A stretch of 39,700 nt of DNA from Pirellulales bacterium (GCA_029245145.1 JAQWPY010000128.1:1-39700); one strand, 5' to 3'; counted from the first letter of the stretch, positions 9,754 through 22,633 are shown. Program-made: numbers and translations. The notes: generated by a model not told the origin, from the letters alone.

Positions 9754-9763
9754 CTTAAATGCT

Positions 9764-11332
9764 ATGAAAACGATTCAAATCTACGACACGACTTTACGCG
9801 ACGGTTCTCAGGGAGAGGGTGTTAATTTTTCTCTTCAGGATAAGTTGCTCATTACAGAAAAGCTTGCACAGCTTGGATACGACTACGTTGAGGGCGGCTA
9901 TCCACTGTCGAATGAAAAAGATGCCCAATACTTTCGCAAAGTTGCCAAGCTCGATCTCGGCAAGACAAAAGTCACTGCATTCGGGATGACGCACCGTAGA
10001 GCAATGCGCCCGGAAGATGATCCGGGGATGCGCGCGCTCCTCGAAAGTGCCGCTTCAGTAATTACGATTGTGGGCAAGACATCCGATTTTCATGTTGCGG
10101 AGGTGCTGCGTGTTTCTGCAGAAGAAAACCTCGATATGATCGCCTCGACGATCGAATATCTCTCCCGACAAGGCAGAGAAGTTATTTACGATGCAGAACA
10201 TTTCTTTGATGGCTGGAAATCCAATCCACAGTATGCTTTGCAGACAATTCAAGTTGCTCATCAGGCCGGCGCCGGTATTGTCGTCTTCTGCGATACCAAT
10301 GGTGGCACCATGCCAGATGAAATATACGAAATTACGAAAAAAGCAACGGAAAGCATCGAGGTTCCAGTCGGCATCCATTGCCACAACGATTGTGAATTAG
10401 CGGTTGCAAACTCCCTCGCCGGAGTATCCGCCGGGGCGATCCAGGTACAGGGCACCATCAATGGCTTTGGCGAACGCTGCGGTAATGCGGATCTCATCAG
10501 TGTGATTGCGAACCTTGCAATAAAACGTGATGGTTATCAAGTATTGAATGACAATGGAGTGGAACGACTAACAGAACTTTCCCGCTACGTTTACGAAACT
10601 GCCAACATGCGGTACCCCATCAATCAACCTTTTGTAGGATCGAGCGCATTTGCCCACAAAGGGGGCATGCATGTCCATGCAGTCCGCCGGGTGACGCAAA
10701 GTTACGAACACATCGATCCTGAAAAGGTGGGTAACGAGCGAAGATTTTTGTTGAGCGAGCTCTCTGGTCGCTCGAATATTATCGCGATGACGACGAAGCA
10801 TAACATCCAAGACAATCGCGAGTTGATGGATAGAATCTTAGCCTTGGTGGTTGACCTCGAAAACCAGGGATATCAATTCGAAGCTGCGGAAGCCTCTTTT
10901 GACTTGTTGGTGAAGCGAAGTGTTGGCACCTTTAAGCCACACTTCGAGCGGATCAACTACCATGTGAATGTAGAAACGGACCGTTCGGGTCACGTGACGA
11001 CGGAGGCTACCGTCAAACTGTGGGTAGGTGGAGGTATTCGTCACGAAGTGGCAGAGGGGGATGGCCCGGTCAATGCACTCGATGCTGCGCTTCGAAAAGC
11101 CCTGAAAGGTACCTTTCCAAACCTCGATAGTATGCACCTCGTCGACTACAAAGTGCGCGTCATTAACTCAGAAGCTGCCACAGCGGCCGCGGTTCGCGTC
11201 ATCATCGAAACGGAAGATGAAGAGGATGTGTGGGGCAGTGTGGGTGTAAGTGAAAATGTGATCGAGGCGAGCTGGATGGCTTTAGTCGACAGCATCGAGT
11301 ACAAGCTCTACAAAGACGAGCAGGCGGTATGA
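9764..11332 (+). CDS. cimA: (R)-citramalate synthase (DRE-TIM family with LeuA-type regulatory domain)
   Basis: YDTTLRDGSQGEG, YDAEHFFDG, GIHCHND, GFGERCGNADL, FAHKGGMH, GYQFEAAEASF and GDGPVNALD; the QGEG and DAEHFFDG motifs match the bacterial CimA subfamily. Confidence 0.9.
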   Translation: MKTIQIYDTTLRDGSQGEGVNFSLQDKLLITEKLAQLGYDYVEGGYPLSNEKDAQYFRKVAKLDLGKTKVTAFGMTHRRAMRPEDDPGMRALLESAASVITIVGKTSDFHVAEVLRVSAEENLDMIASTIEYLSRQGREVIYDAEHFFDGWKSNPQYALQTIQVAHQAGAGIVVFCDTNGGTMPDEIYEITKKATESIEVPVGIHCHNDCELAVANSLAGVSAGAIQVQGTINGFGERCGNADLISVIANLAIKRDGYQVLNDNGVERLTELSRYVYETANMRYPINQPFVGSSAFAHKGGMHVHAVRRVTQSYEHIDPEKVGNERRFLLSELSGRSNIIAMTTKHNIQDNRELMDRILALVVDLENQGYQFEAAEASFDLLVKRSVGTFKPHFERINYHVNVETDRSGHVTTEATVKLWVGGGIRHEVAEGDGPVNALDAALRKALKGTFPNLDSMHLVDYKVRVINSEAATAAAVRVIIETEDEEDVWGSVGVSENVIEASWMALVDSIEYKLYKDEQAV

Positions 11333-14300
11333 CGAGCGGCTGGCAAGACGATTTCCCGAAACATTATGACCATCAGGGTGCCCAAAAAAGGTGGTACTCG
11401 TACTGGAAATCGGCAGGCTTCTTTCACGCCGATGTGGATGAATCCCGAGAACCATTCACGGTTGTGATGCCTCCGCCGAATGTGACCGGCGCCCTTCATC
11501 TCGGTCATGCACTCAACAATACCCTGCAAGATGTTCTTGTCCGCTGGAAAAGAATGCAGGGTTTCAATGTCCTTTGGATGCCGGGCACCGACCACGCTGG
11601 CATCGCTACTCAGGCGGTCGTTGAACGGCGACTTATTGAGCAAGAGGGTAAGACTCGCCACGATCTTGGCCGCGAGGAGTTGGTTCGCAGAATTTGGCTA
11701 TGGAAGGAAGAATATGCGGAAAGGATTTTAAAGCAACTTGGAGAAATGGGATGCAGCTGTGACTGGGACCGTACCCGCTTCACACTCGATCCGGTGTGTG
11801 CGCAAGCCGTACGGCAAACGTTTTACCATTTATTCAAAGATCAAGTAGTCTATCGTGGTAAGCGGTTAGTCAACTGGGACACCTATCTCCAAACTGCGGT
11901 GAGTGATGATGAAGTATTTCACGAACCGGTGGACGGAAGTTTTTGGCATATTCGTTATCAGGTAATCGATGCCCAAGAGGGTGAACCCCAGTGGATATCC
12001 ATTGCAACGACCCGTCCTGAAACGTTGTTGGGCGATACGGCCGTTGCGGTACATCCGAATCCAGCGGACGCCCTTTCGAAAGCGGAGGAGGCCCTCAAAC
12101 ACAAACTGGCGGAATCTTCTGCGAAAGATCACGAAGCGATCAACCTTCAACTCGATGAACTTCGAGAGCGGCAGAAGACGCTCTTACCAACTCTAGAAAC
12201 CTTGGCTCGGATGGCAGAGGATGGCCGACAATTACGTCTACCCCTCCTGGAAAGAAGCATTCCGCTGGTCTCCGACCAGTGGGCAAAACCCGAGCTGGGA
12301 AGCGGCTGTGTGAAAATCACTCCTGCCCATGATCCAAATGATTACGAAGTCGGCCTTCGTCTGTCGCTGCCGATGATCAATATTCTGAATCCTGATGGCA
12401 CCCTCAATGCGAATGCCGGTCCGTATGAGGGACTCTCTATTCGTGAAGCTCGCCAGCGGGTAGTGACCGATCTCGATGGAAAGCAACATCTGGAGCGCGT
12501 CGAAGAAAGAAAAATCGACTTAGCGCACTCCGATCGAAGTAAGACACCGATCGAACCCTATTTGGCCGACCAATGGTTTATTGCGATGGATAACTTGTCT
12601 CAATCGGCGATGGATGCGGTTATTGATCAGCGCGTAAAAATCATTCCCCGTCGGTACGAAAAGGGGTATCTCGATTGGCTGGGAGAGAAACGGGATTGGC
12701 CCGTGAGTCGGCAGTTGTGGTGGGGTCATCGAATCCCCGTCTGGTCGTACCGGGCAAAAGATCAGGAAGAACTTCAATCTCTACAAAGTACCTTCGCGGT
12801 CGATCCTGCAGTAAAGAACGATACCCTTTGTGTACTCACCACTGACGAATCTCGCGGGACCGATGGCGACCCGGACATCCCGCCGATGTTGCACGCCTGT
12901 CTGCGAGAGGACTGTCCAGAAACGACGAAGCGTCTGGAAGCCTTAGGATTTGTTCAAGATGCCGATGTCCTTGACACCTGGTTTAGCAGCGCACTTTGGC
13001 CCCATTCGACTTTGGGATGGCCAAACGACACGCCACAACTCGAGTACTTTTATCCTACAAGCGTCCTGGTGACGAGTCGAGACATCATCACACTATGGGT
13101 GGCTCGAATGATCCTGGCAAGTTTGTTTAACACAGGAGAAGTACCGTTTAAGCAAGTCTATATTCACCCCAAAATTTTGGACGGGTATGGGGAGACCATG
13201 TCTAAATCAAAGGGCAATGGGGTCGATCCACTCGATGTGATTGATCAATATGGCGCCGATGCCTTACGGTTTGGGATCGCGCATCTCGCAACCGAGAATC
13301 AAGATGCTCGAATGAAAGTGGAGTTTATTTGCCCGCACTGCAAAGCATCGGTTGAGCAAACTAAGAAAAACAGGGTTTTACCGAGCGTCTCCTGCCCGAA
13401 ATGCCACGAAGTATTTTCAACTCAATGGGCTCGAGAAGAGGCTGATCGCAGTTATCCGCGAGCACCCGTCACAAGTGAACGATTCGAATTGGGGAGAAAT
13501 TTTTGCAACAAACTATGGAACGCTTCGCGCTTCGTGTTGTTGAATCTCACGGAATTTAGCTCAGATGAAATTGTAGCAGCCGATCTGGAATTGGAAGATC
13601 GATGGATTTTGAGCCGATTGGCCACTGTCACAAAGGAAGTGACTGAAGCACTCAATCACTTTCGATATGCAGATGCCGCAAGAACACTGTACGATTTTTC
13701 CTGGGACGAGTTCTGTAGTTTTTATATTGAGATTATTAAAGTTCGTTTGAGCAACCCTCAGTATCGTGGGAAGGCCCAACAGGTGCTGGCGCACACTTTG
13801 GACAACCTTCTTCGCCTATTACACCCTATGGTCCCGTTTATCACGGAAGAGGTATGGCAACGTTTGGCAATCGTCGCACCGGTCCGGGGGCTTGCACCGG
13901 CGACTGCGAAAGAAAGTATCATGCTCGCAGCGTGGCCTAAGACGGATGAAAGCATCCGAGATGAAGAAATCGAGAGGCGATTTTCTTTTTTCCAAAAGGT
14001 ACTCGGTGGCGTGCGTGAGATTCGTAGCCGTCAACAAATCGCGCCAAAAAAACAGATCCGCTTCTCGGTCCGCTGCGATACGCAGGTGGCTGACGATTTG
14101 CTCCTCATGAAGCCTTATTTTGAGTCGATGGCGATGGCGGAGGCTGCAGTCCTGGGGCCTCACGTGGAAGCTCCCGAGTTTTCTGCAACGGCGAATGTCG
14201 CCGGCATGGAAATATTCGTTGATATGGAAGATTTGATTGATGTCGATGCGGAAATCGATCGTAATGAAAAGGAGTTGCAGCGACTGCAAAAGGCCATCCA

Positions 14301-14445
14301 AGGGAAGGAAAAGAAACTAGCCAACAAGGATTTTGTTTCCCGTGCGCCTGCCGAAGTCGTCGCCCGTGAACAAGAATCGCTTCAACAATTACAAACGCAG
14401 GCCGATTTCCATAGAACCACATTGGAAACACTTAAAAGCCGCTAG
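11329..14445 (+). CDS. valS: Valine--tRNA ligase
   Basis: PPPNVTGALHLGH (HIGH), GTDHAGIATQ, ATTRPETLLGD, KITPAHDPND, SRQLWWGHRIP, DVLDTWFSS, TMSKSKGN and a C-terminal coiled coil; ATGA overlap with cimA. Confidence 0.98.
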   Translation: MTSGWQDDFPKHYDHQGAQKRWYSYWKSAGFFHADVDESREPFTVVMPPPNVTGALHLGHALNNTLQDVLVRWKRMQGFNVLWMPGTDHAGIATQAVVERRLIEQEGKTRHDLGREELVRRIWLWKEEYAERILKQLGEMGCSCDWDRTRFTLDPVCAQAVRQTFYHLFKDQVVYRGKRLVNWDTYLQTAVSDDEVFHEPVDGSFWHIRYQVIDAQEGEPQWISIATTRPETLLGDTAVAVHPNPADALSKAEEALKHKLAESSAKDHEAINLQLDELRERQKTLLPTLETLARMAEDGRQLRLPLLERSIPLVSDQWAKPELGSGCVKITPAHDPNDYEVGLRLSLPMINILNPDGTLNANAGPYEGLSIREARQRVVTDLDGKQHLERVEERKIDLAHSDRSKTPIEPYLADQWFIAMDNLSQSAMDAVIDQRVKIIPRRYEKGYLDWLGEKRDWPVSRQLWWGHRIPVWSYRAKDQEELQSLQSTFAVDPAVKNDTLCVLTTDESRGTDGDPDIPPMLHACLREDCPETTKRLEALGFVQDADVLDTWFSSALWPHSTLGWPNDTPQLEYFYPTSVLVTSRDIITLWVARMILASLFNTGEVPFKQVYIHPKILDGYGETMSKSKGNGVDPLDVIDQYGADALRFGIAHLATENQDARMKVEFICPHCKASVEQTKKNRVLPSVSCPKCHEVFSTQWAREEADRSYPRAPVTSERFELGRNFCNKLWNASRFVLLNLTEFSSDEIVAADLELEDRWILSRLATVTKEVTEALNHFRYADAARTLYDFSWDEFCSFYIEIIKVRLSNPQYRGKAQQVLAHTLDNLLRLLHPMVPFITEEVWQRLAIVAPVRGLAPATAKESIMLAAWPKTDESIRDEEIERRFSFFQKVLGGVREIRSRQQIAPKKQIRFSVRCDTQVADDLLLMKPYFESMAMAEAAVLGPHVEAPEFSATANVAGMEIFVDMEDLIDVDAEIDRNEKELQRLQKAIQGKEKKLANKDFVSRAPAEVVAREQESLQQLQTQADFHRTTLETLKSR

Positions 14446-14597
14446 CGCACTTATTGAAACAGAGACGGAAACCAAGTGCGAAAAAGTAAGAGAATCTCGC
14501 CGCAGCACCCACCGTGGCCTATCTAAGGATTCGGGCGTACAATAAGTCGTAGGCTACTTTCGATCTTAGAGGCTTTCAGTAAATAGCGAGTATTCCC

Positions 14598-14996
14598 ATG
14601 CCGTTGCAGATGGAATTATCACGGATCATTATCAATGAGATCAATGATCAGCAGGTGATCTATCTTCGCGAGGTCGATGGCGAACGGATGTTTCCTATTC
14701 TCATTGGAATTTTCGAGGCAACTAGCATCGATCGTCGTGTGAAAGATATATCAACTCCGCGCCCACTGACGCACGACCTGCTGGTCAATCTGGTCGAAAC
14801 GATGGGTGGTGAATTTCAGGATGTAGTGATCAGCGAGCTTCGGGAACACACCTACTATGCGTACCTGCGCGTACGCCAGGAGGGTGAGTTGCTCGAGATA
14901 GATGCTCGCCCCTCAGACGCCATCGCCATTGCCGTCACGTGCGACCTACCGATTTACGTCAATGAAGAAGTTCTTAATGACGTAATGAGTGAATAA
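14598..14996 (+). CDS. Bifunctional nuclease family protein (DUF151)
   Basis: PILIGIFEA, RPLTHDLL and EIDARPSDAIAIA signatures. Confidence 0.92.
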   Translation: MPLQMELSRIIINEINDQQVIYLREVDGERMFPILIGIFEATSIDRRVKDISTPRPLTHDLLVNLVETMGGEFQDVVISELREHTYYAYLRVRQEGELLEIDARPSDAIAIAVTCDLPIYVNEEVLNDVMSE

Positions 14997-16799
<1,803 letters not shown>

Positions 16800-16877
16800 G
16801 ACTTTTGAAAATTACCTATCTATTCGTTGACTCTCAACACGTGAAGACTCAGGTGTGAGATTGGTCCTTTTTGTAAA

Positions 16878-18077
16878 TTAACCGATGAAATATGACATGA
16901 GCAGATGGCCATCCGGATAGTGATGTGTGGAAGACTCCGCAGTTGCCTCATCATATGTCTGACTTCCATCGACCGGTACTCCACCCCCGGCGAGTACGAA
17001 GGGAATCCACCCGTGACTGTGGGTTTTTGTCCGGACGGGCGTCGGATGGTCGGGACAGACCAAAATGCGAAAATTATCGCTGCCGTTCAAGGCCTTATTC
17101 AGAGGCGCTACAATTTTTTGGTCAATTTGCTCTATTGCCTCAATTTTTTTCTGCAGCGATCCCTCATGAGATGCTTCATCCGGCGCCTCAATATGAACGC
17201 ATACCAGATCATGCGTCTCCAACGCTTTGACCGCCGCGCGTCCTTTTGCACCGTAATCGGTGTCGGTATAACCGGTCGCTCCTGGGACGGTGATGTTTTC
17301 CCAGCCGATAAGGTTCGCCAAGCCTCGCAAAAGATCGACAGCAGTAATCATCGTTCCTTTCACGCCATACTTTGTGGCGAAAGAATCGAGTTGTGGTCTC
17401 CGGCCTTGTCCCCACAACCAGATATTGGTTGCCGGGCGATTGCCTTCTCGAACCCGGGAAACATTGATCGGGTGAGTCGCAAAGATTTCAACACTATCCC
17501 GCATCCATTGGTTTAAGCAATCGCTTCCCGGGCCCCTTGGGTAATGATCAACAACAGGCTGGTCGGTCAGGTCGTGGGGCGGAATGGTTCGCGTATCGGC
17601 ATTGAAAGGCCACTGTTCCTGTCCATCGCGACAAATCAGTAAGTTGCGATAACTTACCCCAGGAACCCACTCGATGTTTTCGTTGTCGATAGTTTTCGCC
17701 AAAGTGTTCAATAATCCAGTCGCTTCTTGCGTGGAAATATGATCGGCCGTGAAATCATGCATAATCTGGTTTTCAATTGTGACCAGATTACAGCGCACAG
17801 CCCAGTCGCCGTCGTTGAGCTCGATTCCCTGAGCGGCTGCCTCAATCGGTGCCCTCCCCGTGAAGGCCGCATTCGGGTCGTAGCCGAGTAAACTCATATT
17901 GGCTACGGCTGATCCTGCCGGCAAATGTGAGGGCACATAATTAGCACGGCCAACGATGCCTGACTGTGCAATTGCGTCGAGTGCCGGAGTGCTCGCGGCC
18001 GCCAACGGCGTTTTTCCGTTGAGCGTTTCTTGAGGCTCATCCGCAGCACCGTCGGGAATGACAATGACATATTTCAT
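16878..18077 (-). CDS. apgM: ApgM-like cofactor-independent phosphoglycerate mutase family protein (proposed homoserine kinase subfamily)
   Basis: MKYVIVIPDGAADEP, GKTPL, PAGSAVANMSLLGYDP, TGRAPIEAAA, VHIEAPDEASH and CPDHPTP metal-binding motifs; lies between hom and lysC. Confidence 0.88.
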   Translation of the reverse strand: MKYVIVIPDGAADEPQETLNGKTPLAAASTPALDAIAQSGIVGRANYVPSHLPAGSAVANMSLLGYDPNAAFTGRAPIEAAAQGIELNDGDWAVRCNLVTIENQIMHDFTADHISTQEATGLLNTLAKTIDNENIEWVPGVSYRNLLICRDGQEQWPFNADTRTIPPHDLTDQPVVDHYPRGPGSDCLNQWMRDSVEIFATHPINVSRVREGNRPATNIWLWGQGRRPQLDSFATKYGVKGTMITAVDLLRGLANLIGWENITVPGATGYTDTDYGAKGRAAVKALETHDLVCVHIEAPDEASHEGSLQKKIEAIEQIDQKIVAPLNKALNGSDNFRILVCPDHPTPVRTKTHSHGWIPFVLAGGGVPVDGSQTYDEATAESSTHHYPDGHLLMSYFIG

Positions 18078-18123
18078 GAATCTTTTCGTCTATGCCTGTC
18101 TGCCGGTGGGAACCCGGGGGATG

Positions 18124-19422
18124 TTAATCGAGAATTCGTAACCGCATCGCGGGTTCATGGACCATCTCCAATTGATGGATTTCCGCCAACGCTCGGTCGG
18201 CCGCGCCGACGGTTGTTTGATGCGTCATAATAATTAAAGGTATCCGATTAGACGGGCCTTCATGTTGTTCGTGTTGAATAAACGAAGCGATCGAAATACC
18301 TTGCTTGCTCAATGCCCCCGTGATATCAGCGAGGACCCCAGGATGATCCTGAACCGTAAACCGGAGATAGTACCGTGTGGCTGCAGTCGCCGAAGGCTTT
18401 GGTAATACCCTGGCAGGTCTCTCCGACCAGAGTTGGAGCGTGCGAAAAGTGATAGCGGTTCTTCCTACCACGCTGTCGATCAGGTCGGCCACGACGGCCG
18501 AAGCGGTAGGCATTCTTCCAGCCCCCATCCCATGGAACCACACTCTTCCTACAGCATCTCCCACCAAACGAATGGCATTGTAAGCACCGCCCACATCGGC
18601 CAGGGGAGAATCCCGGCGAACCAATTGCGTGCCTACATGCAATTCAAGTTCATCCCCTTCAAGGCGGGCGACTGCCAACGATTTTAAGCGATAACCGAGT
18701 TGGCCTGCGAAACGCAAATCAGTGGGACTGAGTGACTCGATTCCCTGCCGAGAAATATCTTTCCAGTGAACGCGCGCACCGAATGCGAGATGAGAGAGTA
18801 TCGCTAGTTTTTGTGCAGCGTCACTGCCATCGACATCCATGGTCGGATCGGCTTCCGCATACCCACGCCGTTGAGCTTCTTCGACTGCTTCATGGTATGA
18901 GATTCCCTGCTCCTCCATCTGTGAAATAATAAAGTTACAGGTTCCATTTAAAATTCCATGGATCGATTCAATCCGATTTGCGGAGAGGCACTGGCCAATA
19001 TTCGTTACGATAGGAATCCCGCCGGCGACGGCCGCATCAAAAGCAATCGAGCGACCCAGTTCCCGCGCGCGATCAAAAAGTTCTGCACCATATTCCGCGA
19101 GAAGCGCCTTGTTTGCGGTGACCACATCTTTTCCACTTTCAAGCAACTGAATCATGATGCTTCGAGCGGATTCGACTCCTCCGACCAACTGGACCACACA
19201 TTCGATCTCGTCGTTTTCGGTGACTTCTTCCAGCCGATCAGTGAGTACACCCTCCGGAAGCTCGACATCCCGAGGCTTATTCAGGTCGCGGACGACTGCC
19301 TTCTCGAGCCAAATGGTCCGTCCGGCATGCCGCGTGGTGCGTTCACCGTGGTCTAGGAGTAATCGGGCAACGCCCGTCCCTACGGTGCCTAGACCAACAA
19401 TCGCTACTTTTGTTTTTTCCAT
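18124..19422 (-). CDS. hom: Homoserine dehydrogenase with C-terminal ACT domain
   Basis: VAIVGLGTVG Rossmann motif, VVTANKALLA, AVAGGIP, GILNGTCN, GYAEADPTMDVDGSDAAQKL, GAGRMPTASAV and DHPGVLADI (ACT); start may be 19422 or 19446. Confidence 0.96.
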   Translation of the reverse strand: MEKTKVAIVGLGTVGTGVARLLLDHGERTTRHAGRTIWLEKAVVRDLNKPRDVELPEGVLTDRLEEVTENDEIECVVQLVGGVESARSIMIQLLESGKDVVTANKALLAEYGAELFDRARELGRSIAFDAAVAGGIPIVTNIGQCLSANRIESIHGILNGTCNFIISQMEEQGISYHEAVEEAQRRGYAEADPTMDVDGSDAAQKLAILSHLAFGARVHWKDISRQGIESLSPTDLRFAGQLGYRLKSLAVARLEGDELELHVGTQLVRRDSPLADVGGAYNAIRLVGDAVGRVWFHGMGAGRMPTASAVVADLIDSVVGRTAITFRTLQLWSERPARVLPKPSATAATRYYLRFTVQDHPGVLADITGALSKQGISIASFIQHEQHEGPSNRIPLIIMTHQTTVGAADRALAEIHQLEMVHEPAMRLRILD

Positions 19423-19603
19423 TCGCTTGATGCTTTCGAGAGCCATACACTGCAGAAATCAGCTATCCATCCTAAAGTTGGCTCGCTTGCGTCGTCAAGC
19501 GATGAATACCCGCCCGCATTGCTCCGCTGAAGCGGCCAACGTACATTGGGAGCTGCCCTAGTATTTCGATTGTGGTGAACAATATTTTGGAAGGCGCGCG
19601 ACG

Positions 19604-20662
19604 ATGGATGACAGTGCTCTCACGTTTTTTAAAGCTATTTTAGAAACACCCAGCCCTTCTGGATATGAACAACCGGTACAGCGGGTCGTTCGCGATTATG
19701 TGGGATCGTTCGCCGATGAAATACGCAGTGATTCGCATGGTAATCTGATCGCGGTAAAAAATCCGCAAAATCCGTTTCGCGTCATGTTTGCGGGCCACTG
19801 CGATCAAATCGGCCTGATCGTGCAATTTATTGATGACCATGGGTTTCTCTATATCCAACCCATCGGCGGCTGGGATCCGCAACAACTGATAGGTCAACGG
19901 CTCACGGTTTGGACTGCGGCTGGTCCGGTGAAAGGGGTTGTTGCACGGAAGCCGATCCACTTATTGACAGAAGAAGAAAGAAAACAGGTTCCAAAAATAA
20001 AGGACCTTTGGATTGACATTGGTGCGGCGAGTCGTGATGAGGCTGCAGAGCGCGTGCGTGTTGGTGATCCGGCGACCTTTCAGCTCTCGCTTGAGATGCT
20101 TTCAGACGACTTTGCCAATTCCCCGGGCATGGATGATAAAACGGGACTATGGGTAGTCATCGAAGCCCTAAGGCGCGCCTCCAAGGAATCGTTGTCGTGC
20201 GCTTTGCATTCGGTATCGACGGTCCAGGAAGAAATTGGGTTACGTGGTGCGAGAACCAGTGCCTACGGTATCGATCCTCAGGTCGGCATTGCCGTCGACG
20301 TGACCCATGCGACCGATTGTCCGACGGTCGACAAAAAAACCGAGGGGGATGTTAGATTAGGGGGAGGTCCGGTGATTACCAGAGGGCCGAACTGTAATCC
20401 ACGGGTGGTCGAGCGGTTGATCGCAGTAGCCGAAAAAAAGGGTATCGATTACCAACTTGCGGCCATCGGCAGAGCGACGCCGACTGATGCCAACTCACTG
20501 CAGGTCACCCGAAGCGGTGTGGCCACCGGGCTGGTGAGTATCCCGAACCGTTACATGCACAGCGCGGTGGAGACCATCTCGCTGACCGATCTCGATCAGA
20601 CCGCTGACTTGCTGGCGGGCTTCGCACTTTCGCTCGGGGAAGACGAGACATTTGAGCCGTAA
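19604..20662 (+). CDS. M42 family (TET-like) metallo-aminopeptidase
   Basis: PSPSGYE, FAGHCDQIG, IGGWDP, MDDKTG, TVQEEIGLRGA, IAVDVTHA and RYMHSAVE metal-ligand pattern. Confidence 0.92.
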   Translation: MDDSALTFFKAILETPSPSGYEQPVQRVVRDYVGSFADEIRSDSHGNLIAVKNPQNPFRVMFAGHCDQIGLIVQFIDDHGFLYIQPIGGWDPQQLIGQRLTVWTAAGPVKGVVARKPIHLLTEEERKQVPKIKDLWIDIGAASRDEAAERVRVGDPATFQLSLEMLSDDFANSPGMDDKTGLWVVIEALRRASKESLSCALHSVSTVQEEIGLRGARTSAYGIDPQVGIAVDVTHATDCPTVDKKTEGDVRLGGGPVITRGPNCNPRVVERLIAVAEKKGIDYQLAAIGRATPTDANSLQVTRSGVATGLVSIPNRYMHSAVETISLTDLDQTADLLAGFALSLGEDETFEP

Positions 20663-20684
20663 TTGCCTCTGAGCTGCATAAAGC

Positions 20685-20716
20685 TGCCATAATGGCACAT
20701 TGAGGCCGATTTGACC
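20685..20716. promoter_or_regulatory. Palindromic candidate activator (enhancer) site with a degenerate second copy
   Basis: Perfect palindrome TGCCAT-A-ATGGCA (20685-20697) and related GGCCGATTTGACC (20704-20716), about 100 bp upstream of a sigma54 motif. Confidence 0.5.
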
Positions 20717-20797
20717 TTGGGTGCTCGTTAGTCCTCTGGAGCGACAATTATTCCGAAGTGCCTCAAATAATGCGACTTAGAAGATTTCTGGTCCACT

Positions 20798-20812
20798 TGG
20801 CACCGCTCTTGC
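20798..20812 (+). promoter_or_regulatory. Sigma54 (-24/-12) promoter of the chaperone cluster
   Basis: TGGCAC-cgctc-TTGC is an exact match to TGGCAC-N5-TTGC (GG-N10-GC), about 100 nt upstream of the groEL1 start. Confidence 0.8.
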
Positions 20813-20914
20813 GTTATTAGGGAGTTCTACGCGTCTGTACCTGCCAAAAAGGCGGGCCTGACGGGCCCGCTTCCCTGCATATTTACAAATTTTCCGTTGA
20901 GGAGGAAATCGATC

Positions 20915-22633
<1,719 letters not shown>

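Noticed and set aside
20663-20914. CIRCE (HrcA) operator before groEL
   Set aside because: No TTAGCACTC-N9-GAGTGCTAA match; a sigma54 motif explains the region better.
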